A DNA stretch of 64,000 nucleotides from Callorhinchus milii (Eukaryota). The stretch spans positions 66,838,001 through 66,902,000 of the forward strand of contig NW_024704743.1 of the NCBI RefSeq assembly GCF_018977255.1, written 5' to 3'. The notes under the pieces were generated by a model. The model saw only the letters and a list, made by a program, of their open reading frames with translations, made no database searches and was not told the DNA's origin. Made by a program: the position numbers and the translations under genes. Of the stretch, positions 13,283 to 26,377 are shown one piece after another; position 1 is the stretch's first letter, and every line of letters starts with the position of its first letter.

Positions 13283-13861
13283 TCTACAGAGAAAACTGAT
13301 CGTATGAAAAAAAATCCTCAATTGCTAGATTCTGTTCCACCACTATGACTGTCATCATGGTTTATTTCAGTCAAATTTCTCAGAATCTCTGCTCTCTGTA
13401 CTCACAGATATGTATCAGGATCTTCTTTATTTTGTGTAACAGGAAAGAAGGTAGTCAAAGGGCTGCTCTCATTGTTAATACTTGCTATTTATTTAGAGCT
13501 CTTGCACTGATTATGTCTGTTCATTCAATAAGAGCAATGGGAGCTTGGCCTTTTTCTAGAGAGTGAGTTGTAAGTTCTTACCACACTAGTTTGCGTAAAG
13601 ATGGCTGTTTCTCTCCATGAGCCAAATGCTATTGGTACATTAGTGCTTGAGTAAATATTCCAAGGATGATGTCTATACAGCTGTATTTAGAAATTACTTA
13701 TCTTTCTCCTCTTGTTTCTTCACACTACAAAACAATTATTCCACATGCCCCTCCTCACAATGGTAAGCAATGTTGTAATCAAGTGAACGTGTTTATTTCT
13801 CTCCTCATATGCAGTATCCCCTTTTAGTAACTCAATAGCTAGGTGCTAGGCATAGGACAAG

Positions 13862-15365
13862 TAACAACAACAACAACAACAAGATTACATTTGTATAGCG
13901 CCTTTCACGTCAGGAGGACGTCCCAAGGTGCTGGACAATGTACAGCATTTCAGACCCGAGCTGGGGTCAGGGGGGGAGAAGGGAGGGGAGGGGAAGGGGG
14001 TGGCCGATGGCATAGTCGAAGAGGAGGGTCTTGAAAGAGGCTAAGGAGGGGGCGAGGGGGAGTGATTGGGGGATGGAATTCCAGAGGTTGGGGGCAGAGT
14101 GGGGTGAGGCCATGGAGGGCTTTGTATGTGAGGACCAGGATCTTGAACTGGATCCTCTGAAGGATAGGGAACCAAAGGAGTCGGGGAGAGTGGGGGAGAT
14201 GGGGTCACGGAGTTTGGTGCAGGAGAGGACATGGGCTGCAGAGTTCTGGATTATCTGCAGCTTGTGGAGGGAGGAGTTGGGAAGGCCAACAAGCAGGGAG
14301 TTTGCATAGGAGGTGATGAAGGCATGAACAAGAGTTTCAGCAGCCTGAGGGGTAAGGTAGTGGCGGAGTCGGGCAATGCTACGGAGGTGAGGGAAGGCAG
14401 ATGACGTCTGCGGATGATGTCACCAAAGGGGAGCATATAGATATTAAAGAAGAGAGGGCCAAGGACAGAGCCCTGGGGGACGCCAGATGTGACAGTGCGG
14501 GGGCTGGAGGAGAAACTGTTAGAGGCAACGAAGTGGAGATGGTGAGAGAGATAGGAATCGAACCAGGCAAGGGCAGGTCCGCGAAGATTGAGTAAAGTGG
14601 AGAGGCAGTGTATGAGGATGGAGTGGTCGACAGTATCGAAGGTGGCAGAGAGGTCGAGGAGGACAAGGAGGCAGAGGAAGCCCTGATCACAGATGTTCAG
14701 AATGTCATTAGTGACTTTGACCAGGGCTGTTTCTGTGCTGTGGGCAGCGCTGAAGCCGGATTGGAGGGGTTCAAAGAGAAAATGGCGAGAAAGAAAGGAG
14801 CGGAGCTGGGACGCGATGACTCGTTCCAGGATCTTGGAGAGGAATGGAAGGTTAGAGATGGGGCGGTAGCTGGAGAGGAGGGATGGATCCAGGGAAGGTT
14901 TTTTCAAGATGGGGGTGATGACGCCTATTTTTAGGGGGGTGGGAACTGAACCAGTGGACAAGGAGAGGTTGATGACGTTGGACAGGAGAGGGGCCAGAAG
15001 GTGGAGCTGGGAGATGAGGAGAGAGGTGGGGATGGGATCGAGGGAGCAGGTGGTGGGTCTGAGTTTCCAGACAGTTGTGGTGAGGGAGGAGGGAGAGATA
15101 GGGTCGAAGGAATATGGGGGGGATGGATGGGGTTGGGTCCTGAGGGAGCGGTGATGTGGGGGTGGCTGTGGACGGGGCTGAGGTGGCTGAAGGTATCCCC
15201 TCGATTTTAGATTCGAGAAAGTCCAGCATCTCCTCACAGTTGGAGTTTGAGGAGAGGATGGGTGAGGTATGGGAAGGTGGACGGAGGAGACGGTTTGAGG
15301 TGGAAAAGAGAAGCCTGGGGCTGTCCTTTGCCTCCAAGATAACCTTGGAGTAGAAGGAGGATTTG
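13862..15365 (-). mobile_element. L2 LINE ORF2 (reverse transcriptase) with internal deletions and 3' tail
   Basis: ORF 14251-15237: YRPISNLPFLSKILER, QSGF, HSTETAL, LLDLSATFDTVDH, GVPQGSVLGPLFF; (CAA)n tail at 13863. Confidence 0.96.
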
Positions 15366-15639
15366 TAAGGTGATATTAATTTCAGTGCAAAGTTATTTTT
15401 CATCCCTACTTATTTCAGCCACTACTTATTTTACATCCTCATGTGTCTGGTCAACATCGCCCAAATTGATCACTGACTTTATGTTTGTGTTTGTGGAACA
15501 TTGCAGTCTGCAAATTGGCTGTCATGTTCACTTATAAAATACAGTCATTACACTTTAGAGTATATCCTGTGAAGTGCTTTGAGACATCCTCCAGATGTGA
15601 AAGGCCCTATATCAAACATAAGAATAATGTTATCCCCAC

Positions 15640-16008
15640 ATTGGGAATTGGAATCATATAGTCTACGATGATACTTCAATATGGTATTGAAACGTGTGGT
15701 CCTTCAGATAATACGTTAAACCAAGGTTCCGTTTGGCTGTTCAGGTGGACATTAAAGATCCCATGATACAGTTTGAAAAGACAAATGAGTTTCTCCCACA
15801 GTCCTGGCCAACAATTCCCCCCCCCCCCAACAAAATTGTTCACTCACTCCACGGCTGATTGTGGGATATTGCTGTGCACAAGTGGCTGCCAGGTTTTGTC
15901 TACAAAATACACATTCAATCCACTTTGCAGTATATTCTGCGAAGTACTTTGAGTCATCGCAATGATGTGATCATGTGCTATACAAATGTAAGGATTATTA
16001 TTATTATC
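15640..16008 (+). mobile_element. SacSINE1-like DeuSINE body and tail
   Basis: gttaaaccaagg...caggtggacattaaagatcccatg...gtcctggccaac...Deu segment...(TTA)n. Confidence 0.8.
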
Positions 16009-16699
16009 TTTAATATCATATAGTATATAGCTTACTCAGACCTGTTTGCCTCCTTGCAATGAATTTATGATCCTAAACTGTTTTTGAATTAAAGTAGATG
16101 CAAAAAGATAGGACTTATTATAATAATAATCCTTACATTTCGAATAGCTCCTTTTATGTTGGAGGATGTTTCTCCCAATTTTCTGGACAAAAATCCCCCA
16201 GATAAAATTAGCCATTGACTTCATGGCCAATTGTAGAACATTGCCATGAGCTAATGAGCTGCCACATTACTTACAACTGCATTGTCACTGCAATTTACAG
16301 TAAATCCTGTCAAGAGTTTTGAAATGTCCTCGTGATGTGAGAGACGCTGTAGCAAATGCATGGATTATTATGATTATTACTATCATAGGTACTGGTCCAC
16401 CATTAGTCATGAATTTCGGGCCCAAAGTGCTTTGTTTGTCTTTAAAATCTGTAGTTCAATCTTTAGTTGTGATGCCAGTTGAAAATTAAAATGACATCTG
16501 GTGTGTTGGCTTAGGTCAGCTGCCTGCTTTGTAATTACAATTGCCTATATAAATAAGAGCAATCTCCTCCCTCAGTGTTTCAAATCCTCAATCCTGTTTT
16601 GTTTGAGAAAAGGTTTTGCTTACCAGCAAATTATATCCTTTGTTGAACGACCAGCTGAATGTGCTTGAGATAGACATCATTGAATAAAAATAAATACAT

Positions 16700-16850
16700 G
16701 TATTTAACGCATACATGAGGGAGAAGCAAATTTAGGATTATGAGAGAGAGGATTAGGAGTAGAGACTCACACAGAGCGTATAAACATCAGTAAGGGCCAA
16801 TTAGGCCAGATGGCCTGCTTGAGCGCTGTAGTGTTCTGTGTAATTCTACA
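16700..16850 (+). mobile_element. CR1 3' tail fragment
   Basis: tacatgagggagaag...ggccaattaggccagatggcctg, same tail as the 697 and 43310 copies. Confidence 0.7.
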
Positions 16851-18589
16851 TAGGCATTTGCCATACTGCAATTTACGTAGGTACCTCAACAGAACCCAGT
16901 ACCCCTGAAAGATACTTTTAAACAATTACATTATTGTGTTTTACACAATTATGTAAAAATGCAAAATCAGATCCAAAATATTTGATCTAGTAATGAAGAC
17001 TTATTTCACATTCTTTGTAATAATCGGGCTCCCCTTTTCCTCCAGATGAGCTTTTTATTACATATTTTCTGAATGTTTCTGGAGTCATAATTATTTTTTT
17101 AAAACTATTTCTTCACCATTGCCAACAGTTCTACAGACAGTCCCTCGTAACTGTCTGTCAGTCAAGCAATCAGTTCAATTTGTGAAGGATGTGTTGTTAA
17201 CCCACAAAAGATTTTAGTGTAGTCATTTTTTTTAGGCAAATATGGCAGCCCATTAGCGCATAGCAATGGCTATGACATAAATGACTAGTTTTATCAGGGG
17301 GATTGTTGTCCAGAACCCCAGAGAAGACTCCCTTCTCTTTTCAGGTACTGCCATGGGATCGTTAATGTCCACTTATGGGCACCCACAATAGTCTTCAGTA
17401 AATCTGCAGCATTCACAATGGCAACTAGTCCCCTTAGCACATTACCAGTTTGTTATTACCATTTACTGGGTTATTATTGGGCTTGCTCTCTCAATTATCT
17501 GATATGAATTTCAATGTATGCCACCAGCTTGCACTTTGTTCCCACTAGGTCAACAATAATTGTTTTCCGTGGCACATTTCCTCAACTGTAAGTTTTTATT
17601 CAAATTAAACAAATATGTTGATAAATTATACTCCTGCGGTGAACTCATTTGTTCTGAATACTTCCTTTGAAACCCTTTCTTGCTTCATTAAATACATATT
17701 TAATAAAAATTAATGGGAAAATAATTATTCATCCCTAGACAGACTCTGTGTCAATATTTACTTTCAACCTGAGACGTTTAGTTGGAGATTATGAGAACAT
17801 ACAAGATATTTACCTCCAAATTTATTGTCCCCTCCCCCTCCTCCATCGCTTGCCGTCAAAACTCATCCTTGTGAAGCGCTCCAAGAGGTAACCATAAAGG
17901 TCATTGTATAAATTCTGAGTTGTTGTATTAGATTAAAAGTTCCATTAAAGTTAATGATCTTGACTGGTATATGTTGTTATCACCTGAATTAAATTATCCT
18001 GGATATTGTGGAAAGATTTATTTTCTACAGGACTGATATTCTGGCAGATAACAACGTTATACCAAAACAAATTCAAATGAAACCTTTGACTTTTTGACTA
18101 CTCTTCTTTCTTCCCCTCCTCCACTGACTTCCAATGCAACTAGTAATGTTAAGGAGCTGGGTGTGCAGGATGAATATATAACTGCATGAGGAATGCAGGG
18201 AATAAGAATGGGCTATTCAACTGCTCAAACTCCCTTTATACAGACCACGCAAAGCCTCAGCCATCATGGACTCCCAGTTACCCATTCTATCTCCTAAGGG
18301 GAGGCGTTCTGTATACATATTCCCTGATTCCTACAGATACTCAAGCTAAAACTCCAGACTATTCTTCTGTCATATCTCCATTGTTCAGCCTTCGGCCTCC
18401 TTCCATCCCCAGCGGTATAAAGTTGTTAAGTACTAGTGTTGACTATTTGTTCAGCACAATCTGGAAGAGAGCACTGGGCACTCATTTATCTCATTAGAAA
18501 TTGCCGCAATATTGTAGTTGGTCACAATGCTCTAAAATGTCTTGCAATAATCAGTTGGCTTTTGCTCCTGAAACAATGGGAATCTATCA

Positions 18590-18975
18590 GAATATGTATC
18601 ACTTTTACACAGTATTTTTATCAAAGGTGCTTCACACAATTCAATGTAATGTATAGTGACTGTGTATTTTGTAGGCAAATATGGCAGTCAATTTGCACAC
18701 AGCAAAATCCCACAAACAGCCATGAAGTGAATGATCAATTGTTTTGGCGGATTGTTGGCCAGAACACCGAAAGAAACTTTCTTCTCTATTTGAATAGTGC
18801 CCTGGGTTCTTTAACATCCACCTGAACAGGCAGGCGAGATGACGTATCTAAAGAACGGCACCTCCAGATCACTTCCCCAGCACTGCATTGGAGTGTCAGA
18901 GACCCAATGTGGGGCTTCAATCCCTAGCTTTCTGACTCAGAGACAAGAGCACTACTAACTGAGCCAGACTGACAC
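18590..18975 (-). mobile_element. SacSINE1-like DeuSINE
   Basis: Reverse complement of the head (ttctgactcagagacaagagcactactaactgagccagactgaca), body and Deu segment. Confidence 0.85.
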
Positions 18976-19844
18976 ATGTAACCTAATAACATTAGACTAT
19001 AAACTTGTCAGTTGAAAGTTCTTTTGTGGTTCAAAGGACTTCCTGAGAGCTTTCAATAGACCACAGTGGAGTGAGCTCAGTGCAACCCATCACCACTGTG
19101 CCTACGTGTGAATGAAGCTGCCCCTCAATCCACCTCCTTCGGTATAAATCAGCATTGTTATTTCTCTCCATGTATTGGGAGAAAATATTGTATATTGTGA
19201 GCCCTATAGACAATCAAACAAAACCTCTAAAATATTCACTCTTGACATATAATATGCAACTTTCCACTTTGTGATAATTGACCAGAAATGTTACTAACAT
19301 TGCAACAATAGGACCCATTGACATTCAGGCACTTTTAATGCTGTTTGTTTAATGGGAAGAATAGAATAGTTTACACACTGAGAGGTGTTTCCTTTGAGAA
19401 ACCTTGACTGCTGAAATATTTGAATAAATAAATCATGGAAAGGATATTCAAAGAAGACACAAGTTGAAATTCACATTGTCTGGCAATGTTTCAATAGGAA
19501 GGCATCAAGCCAGAGTATTTTTAAAACTCCACTACAGCGCTTTAATTTCACAGACACTCTCTGCAAGTTCAAAGGTGCAGGAATAATAATAACAAAACTC
19601 CCCTTTTATGTACCCAATAGAATAGAACAACAGCTTTGGTTAAAAATATGTTACCGTTACACAGAGTTTGAGCTGAGCTGAAACTTTATTGTAGTGCTGG
19701 GGTTGCTGGACTTCAGATGTGCCTGTTCAGATAGACATTAAAAATCATCATTTGAAAAGAGAAGGGAGTTTCTCCCGATGCCTTGGATAATCTCCCAGAT
19801 AAAATTGGTCATTTGCTTCATGGATTTTGTGTGCAAGTTGGCTG

Positions 19845-20619
19845 TGTTAGAAAATAAAATCAGCCAAATCTGTAAGGAAATAACGCTAATTCCTCTAACC
19901 AGATATCAGACTGTTTCATTATTATTCGTTCGTTATTCCCCAATATCCCGATGGGTCAGACCAAAGACCGGTACAATCAACAGATCTTATAACAGAATAA
20001 CACCACTATAGATATCTCAAGTTCAAGAGTTCAACACTGTGTCTTTCCAGCACACAAGCTTGATTCTTCATGCTTTCAGTCTTCTTGCTTACAGCTTTCA
20101 ATCTTCCATCTGATATCCTCAGTCTTAGTGTTTCCAGCTCTCAGTCTTCCATCTCCGTACCCTTGTCTCCGCAGCCCGAGACGGCTCCATCTCTCTTATC
20201 CTTGTCTCCGCGACCCAGGACGGCTCCATCTCCCGTATCCTTGTCTCCGCGACCCGGGATGGCTCCATCTCCCGTATCCTTGTCTCCGCGACCCGGGACG
20301 GCTCCATCTCCCGTATCCTTGTCTCCACGACCCGGGACGGCCCCGTACACAAAGTTATCGGAACTCTTATACCAATGTTCATCCAATCATGGTGCGGACA
20401 TTAGATCATCTGGTCAAAATCATGCTGGGTTCACGTGAACACCTCATGGGGTGTATGTGCCTCACACACACAAACACACCGTCCTTGAGACAGTCCGTTA
20501 TCTCGTGTACGTGAAGGGAGTTTCAGTCCAGCTGCCCACAACACACTTAACTTAAAAGTTAACCTGTTCGCAACATCTATTATGATTCCAACATCATACA
20601 AAAAGTGTAAATTCTAACA
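19845..20619. mobile_element. Solo-LTR-like element (775 bp) inserted in a DeuSINE
   Basis: Ends TGTTAGAA...TTCTAACA; flanking direct repeat GCTG (19841-19844 / 20620-20623); SINE sequence is continuous across the insertion. Confidence 0.8.
20147..20345. repeat. 39-bp tandem repeat, ~5 copies
   Basis: Unit GACGGCTCCATCTCCCGTATCCTTGTCTCCGCGACCCGG. Confidence 0.97.
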
Positions 20620-22469
20620 GCTGTTAGGTTCACCTACAAAATACAGTGAAATATCCTCCTGTCATGAAAGGCGAATTTGGGCAGTCTTAGCATCTTCACT
20701 GCTCACTGTTTAATGTAATTAGATCTGAACAGTTTGTTCTCCTTCCCTATACTGAGTTTGAATTGGTGTCCCCTTTTTCAAGACTGTATGCCCATGTGAA
20801 ACATTATTAGGGTTCAGTTTATTTTAATCCTTTAGGGTTTTGAATACTTCAATAATATGTCCCCTGAGCACTTTTCTTATTTATTGTAAACATCCCCAAT
20901 TTCTGTAGCTCAGCATCTAATTCCAATTTCATAGAATTCCTCAGTTGTCTTTTCTGGTTCGGTTCCTTCTTATGTTCCTACATACATAAAAAAAAATCAT
21001 TAGGTTCGATATAACCTTTCATGACAGGATGATGTTTCAAAGTATTTCACATGATTTATTGTAGTAAAGTGTAGTATTTTTGTATTTTCAGCCAGTTTTC
21101 TGGAATGGTTTGTGTTGAAGCAATGAAAGCAGTCATGGAGAGAATAGATTGAATCAAAAGAATATAATTTGTTTAATTACAATAGCTATTGACTGATGTG
21201 TCACTTTGTAACTGTAGCAGATTTAATATCCATATTTCCTGTGCAAGTGTTTGGAGCTCTCTGGGATACCCCAGCCCACCCCCTTTCCCACACCAGTTGG
21301 TTACTGCCCCTGAGCATTTCCTGTGCCACCAAAGGCCAACTGCTGCAGAACCTCAAAGAAATATATTATTTCTAAATTTAGAACTTTCTCCCTTGGGATC
21401 CGTGCAATTATTAGGAAACCTTTTTTTCCTCCTTGTATCTTACAGAGAATCATGCAACATTAACTCTTTAATGGCTTTGCTGCATCTCATCAATGACAGA
21501 ACTTCACAATTTGCATTCTGAATACCATTTCAATGCAAAATGAATTTACTTATTGTTTAAGACTTTAAAGATTCCCGGAGGATCACCTTACACAAACTGG
21601 ACCCTTTTTTGTTAGTATTAGTCAGGCATTCTTTAATTGATTGATTCCTAGTCTGTAGGATCTGCAATAAATGAAAAAACATGAAGCTTTACTTTCTGAA
21701 AAGTTCACTTTTGACACCTCAAAATTTTAAAAGTTTTAATTTTTTAAAAACTGATCATCAAAACACACCTTGCTCCCATTTTCTAGTAATTGATTGTTTT
21801 ATTTGTTAAAACCGAAAGCAGAACAATACAAGCAGAACCTGATTAGTATGTTCCTGCCTCTTATAACAGGCTTCACTATAATATGAATTCAATTATAACA
21901 CTGTTGCACTGTGTACTCTATCCATTGCTCACATGTGCAGCCCGCCTGCTCGCATTCTGCACACTGGCTAGCTTTTTTCACTAATAAAAACTGAAGTCTT
22001 ATTTATTTTGGTACTATCGACGTCACTTTCTGCTGTGCTGCACATGCATAAAGCAGAAATTGACATTGGCAACAACCTAGTGATCCTGAAGTCAGCCATT
22101 TTAGCTTCCCGTACAAAAACGCAGGGTGGACTATTATGGATTCCAAGCATTGCACTATAACAAGGGTGCAGTGTTGATGGGGGCTGATCTGAATTCAATG
22201 AATCACAATGAGTGGAATTTGTGATGGAACAAACTTTCATGTTCAGTAATGTTCAGTCAAGTTCAGTAATGATCATGTGCTGAATCCCATAAGTGGAAAA
22301 TACAACTAGGACATGTATAGAACTTTTCACGTAGCATGAACATTTCAAAGTGTTTCATAGAGAAAATAGATTAGTGTTGACCATAGTAAGCAAGGATAAA
22401 TATTTAGAAAAAAATCAGATTTTAGTTTAGAAGGCTCTGAAATCTAGGTTCTCACAAGATTGGTTTGAA

Positions 22470-23150
22470 TGGAGAAAGCCCTTTGACCCACCCAATTTCA
22501 TCCTTCCAGAATATCCACCCCCCACCCACCCACCCCATCACCTCACAGCATAAAGTTGCTTTTTACATGCATCCAGTGTTCTCACCTCAACCACCTTTCC
22601 TAGCAAACTGTTCCAGTCATTGACTAATCTCTGGGTAAAGAAAAACTTCCTGGTATCAGTCCTAAAAGTGCCCTTTACAACTCAAAACCTATGTCCTCTT
22701 GTTCTACTATCTGGTTGCATCGTAATGTATTGAACTGGGTTTACTTTTTCAATCCTATTTAAAAGGTTTATATGAGGTCTCTATGAGGTCCCAAGACTGG
22801 CGAGCACTAGCTTGTCTATTTTCTGCTAATACCTCATTCTTCTTAACACTGGGGATCATCCTCGGTGCTTTCATTTTAAGGCCTGGACAGCCCCATTATA
22901 TCGCAGTGACCAGAAATGTATTCAGTACTCAAGGTGCAAACTGACCAGAGCACTGTACAGGCTCAGTATGACATCTGGGGATCTAAACTTAACTGCTAGC
23001 CCAGCGTCCTGTTTGCCTGGTTGATTGCTGGCCTCACACTGTTTTGACATAGTGAGTGCCAAGTCAACTAACACCCCTGGATCTCTTTCAGTTTCCCGTT
23101 GTTAAGTTCTATCCCATCCATAAGTACATGTGTTTCCTATTCTTGTATCC
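22470..23150 (-). mobile_element. Old CR1 3' fragment
   Basis: ctgggtaaagaaaaacttcc, tgtcctcttgttct, gaccagaaatgtattcagtactcaaggtg (degenerate PHLEYCVQFW region). Confidence 0.75.
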
Positions 23151-23719
23151 TAAAGTCCTGCAGATGGAGGCCCAATGTCTCATCTGAAGGATTCTGAAGG
23201 CAAATGCTGCATTTTAAACCACATTGTTGATCTTAGATCTTCAAAATATGGGTGGAAAATGGTGAAAATAGCTTCTTGAGTTATTAAGCTGAACAACTGA
23301 AGTTTAAAAAAGCTGCCATAAAACTCTTGTCAGTTTCTCACACACAAAGCCAAGTTTGTTTGCCAACAAGCCAAAAGTTGTAACAATGGCCTTGGAGTTT
23401 GCCAAGGAAAATAAATTAATGTAGGGGATTAGTTCAATTAATGAAAATACTGCCAGTCCTTTTTAATTTTCTCCTTACCTTCACTCATTTTGTAGTTATT
23501 GTTTTCCTTGTTTTATATCTTTCAATCCCCATACCTTAGATTGGTTGAGAAGGTAAGTAAAAAAAAGTCACTAATTGGTGAAGTGAAATGGCTGACGAAT
23601 GCATTTTATTTTTCAAAGTTACAAACTTTGGCCCTGTGAAGTTGCAATGGAATTTTTCCTTACATGTCATGCTGACAAAGCTGATAGCTAAACCAAAATA
23701 AGTTGCTCTTGTTATTCTA

Positions 23720-24050
23720 GGTTGACACTCCATTGCAGTGCTGGAGGAGTCTCAAGAGATGTGCTGTCTTTTGGATGAGACATTGAAACCCCAAAGTATG
23801 GTCTGTCTGTTTAGATGAATGTTGAACCTATGGCACTATTGGAGAAAGATAAAAGAGCTTCTCCTGGTGTCTTGGCCAACAATCTAGATAAAATTTGCCA
23901 TTCATCTTTTGATCGCTTGTAAGACCTGTGTGCAATATGACTACCACATTTATTGACAAAAATCAGTTGGCTATACTTGACAAGAATGATTATATAGTGG
24001 TTTAAGAAGTTTTGGTATGATAAGACACTGTAAAACTGTAAATTATTTCT
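23720..24050 (+). mobile_element. SacSINE1-like DeuSINE, headless
   Basis: ctaggttgacactccattgcagtgctgg...ggatgagacattgaaac...atggcactatt...ctcctggtgtcttggccaac. Confidence 0.7.
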
Positions 24051-24824
24051 TTCTAAATGTACTAACAAACCCAACGTTCCCAGGCCTCTCTGATACTCAT
24101 TGCAAAGACGTAATGAGAATGACCTGAGCTGTCTTTTATTTTACTTCCTTTATGGGGAGATGCTGTACTTCCATCTGGTGAGTTCCCTGATATTCATCTG
24201 TGGTTGTGAGTGGGATGAGGAATGAGTAAGTAAGTAGTACAGTTCTACATTTAACTAGAACGTGCCTTTTATATTAACAGGCATAAACCTCTATTTCATT
24301 AAACTAATGCTATAAATTCCCTACATGACATAATAAAAGCACTTCATTTTTTAAATAGAGAGGAAAACGTATAAGACCAAATTTCTTGGTTCACAGCACA
24401 CTGCATATAGATTCCATGTATTGATTGCATGCCCTTTCAGTATAACAGAATTTTGAATATAATGTACGTATAATATGCAGTATAAAATAATGTTGTGTTC
24501 ACAAAATCTCAGTTTAAGCCTTCAATGTCTGTATTATGGTTTATTCCGGCCTGCAGCCCATGACAGTATTAGGCTTTCATATTGTTTAGCTGATTTCACA
24601 GTATTAGGCTGTTGGGGGTTATTGGCTGCGAGGGAAGATCCCTCAGGGTTTACTGACAGCATGTCATATTGGATTTCAGAAATGCAAGATTAATATGAAT
24701 GCAGTGTTTGATCAGAATGAACATTTATAAGAGGATTTGGAGTAACAAACCTGTATATTGTGCCCTGAGTATAGAAGTGAATGAAATGCATCTTTCATTC
24801 CATTAATGAATTGAATGAAAGATG

Positions 24825-25740
24825 CACCGAGGCGGTGTGAGAGGTATGATCTGAACCATTCAAGGACAGAACCTTGAAGGTTGAGGTGAGAGGAGAGCTG
24901 GTGGATGAGGATAGAGGAGTGGTGGGAGAGGGAGGATCGAAGCTGGGAAGCAACAACTCGGTCCAGGACCTTGGAGAGGAAAGGGAGGTTGGAGATGGGG
25001 TGGTAGTTTGAGAGCAGGAATGGGTCCAGGGAGAGCTTTTTAAGGATAGGAGTGATGACAGCCATTTTTAAAGGGGTGGAAATGGTACCAGTGGGACAGG
25101 GAGAGGTTTATGATGTCTGTGAGTAGAGGGGCAAGGAGGTAGAGGTGGGAGATAAGGAGATGGGGTTGAGGGAGCAGGTGGTCGGTTTCATGTGGGTTAT
25201 TGTGGTGGTGAGAGAGGAGATGGGTAGGGGCCGGGGTGTGAGGGGAAGATGGGGAGAGTATAGTAGATGGAAGGGCAAAGTCAGCTGAGCGTATTCCTTC
25301 GACTTTGGATTTGAGGAAATCCAGCATCACAGTTGGAGTTGGAGGTGAGGATCGGTGAGGTATGAGGGTATGGGCGGAGGAGCCGGTTGGTGATGGAGAA
25401 GAGGAGCCTGGGGTTGTCTTGGCCTCCAAGATTGTCTTGGAGTAGAACGACGATTTAGCGGAGATGAGGGCGGAGTGGTAAGATTTGATAAAGTCCAGCC
25501 AGATCTGCTGATAGACCGTACTTTAAGGGAGTGGAGGCGGCTGGTGTACCATGGTGACTTTCGTGAGTTGGAGACAGGTCGGGAAGTGAGGGGAGCACAG
25601 GAATCAAGAGTGGTGGAGAGGGAGCTGTGGAGGAGAGGACCGAGGAGGATAGGTCATTGCAGGAAGAATCCCAGAGTGGGAGGAGTTCAGATGACTCCGA
25701 GGCAGTGTGGGGAGAGAGGAAGTGGGGAGGGAGGATTTTT
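24825..25740 (-). mobile_element. L2 LINE ORF2 internal fragment (deleted)
   Basis: ITPILKKLSLDPFLLSNYHPISNLPFLSKVLDRVVASQL; paralogous to 14251-15365. Confidence 0.9.
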
Positions 25741-25752
25741 TTCCAGTAAATT

Positions 25753-26083
25753 ATAATAATAATAATAATAATAATGATAATCCTTGCATTTGATATAGCA
25801 CTTTTCACGTCTTCTAGACGTCCCAAAGCGCTTCACAGAATATACTGTAAAGTGAATTGACTGTATATTTGTGGGCAAACGCAGCAGCCAATTGCATATA
25901 GCAATGTCCCACAAACAGTCGTGGATTGAAAATGACCAATTTTTATTATTGTTTTGTTTTTTTGGAAAGATTATTATTAGGCGTGTGGAGTAAGGAAACT
26001 TGCCCAAGGTTTCACTTTGCCTGGAATTGAACTCAGGTCTCTCACTTGCAAAGCGAGTGCTCTAACCACTGAGCTACAGGACT
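25753..26083 (-). mobile_element. Composite tRNA SINE, short form
   Basis: Full head, body and tail as in the 1520 copy. Confidence 0.9.
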
Positions 26084-26089
26084 GGTATA

Positions 26090-26377
26090 GTGAATTGACT
26101 GGATATTTTGTGGGCGAAACTCGGCAGTTAATTGCATACAGCAGTGTCCTCCAAACAGTCATGGATTGAGTGACTAAAATTATTTTTTTTTAAGGGATTA
26201 TTATCACCCCCAGAAAGCAATCCGCCAATTGACTAACAACCGGGTTCCTGCTTACTGCTAGGTAAACAGAGGCGTGTGGAGTATGGAAACTTGCCGAAGG
26301 TTTTGCCCTGCCCAGGAATTGAACCTGGGTCCTCTCGCTTGCGAGGCATGTGCTCTAACTAATACACTATGGGACTC
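26090..26377 (-). mobile_element. Composite tRNA SINE, long form lacking its 3' tail
   Basis: Head with gcctcgcaagcg anticodon arm and the long internal segment; tail replaced by the adjacent short-form copy. Confidence 0.85.

Noticed and set aside
14379..15353. Multiple overlapping ORFs on both strands (also at 11252-11664 and 50715-51378)
   Set aside because: Antisense or alternative-frame shadows of GC-skewed L2 ORF2
20070..20514. Repeat-protein ORFs or a CRISPR-like array
   Set aside because: Contiguous 39-bp tandem units without spacers, open in several frames only because the unit is a multiple of 3; eukaryotic context with no cas genes
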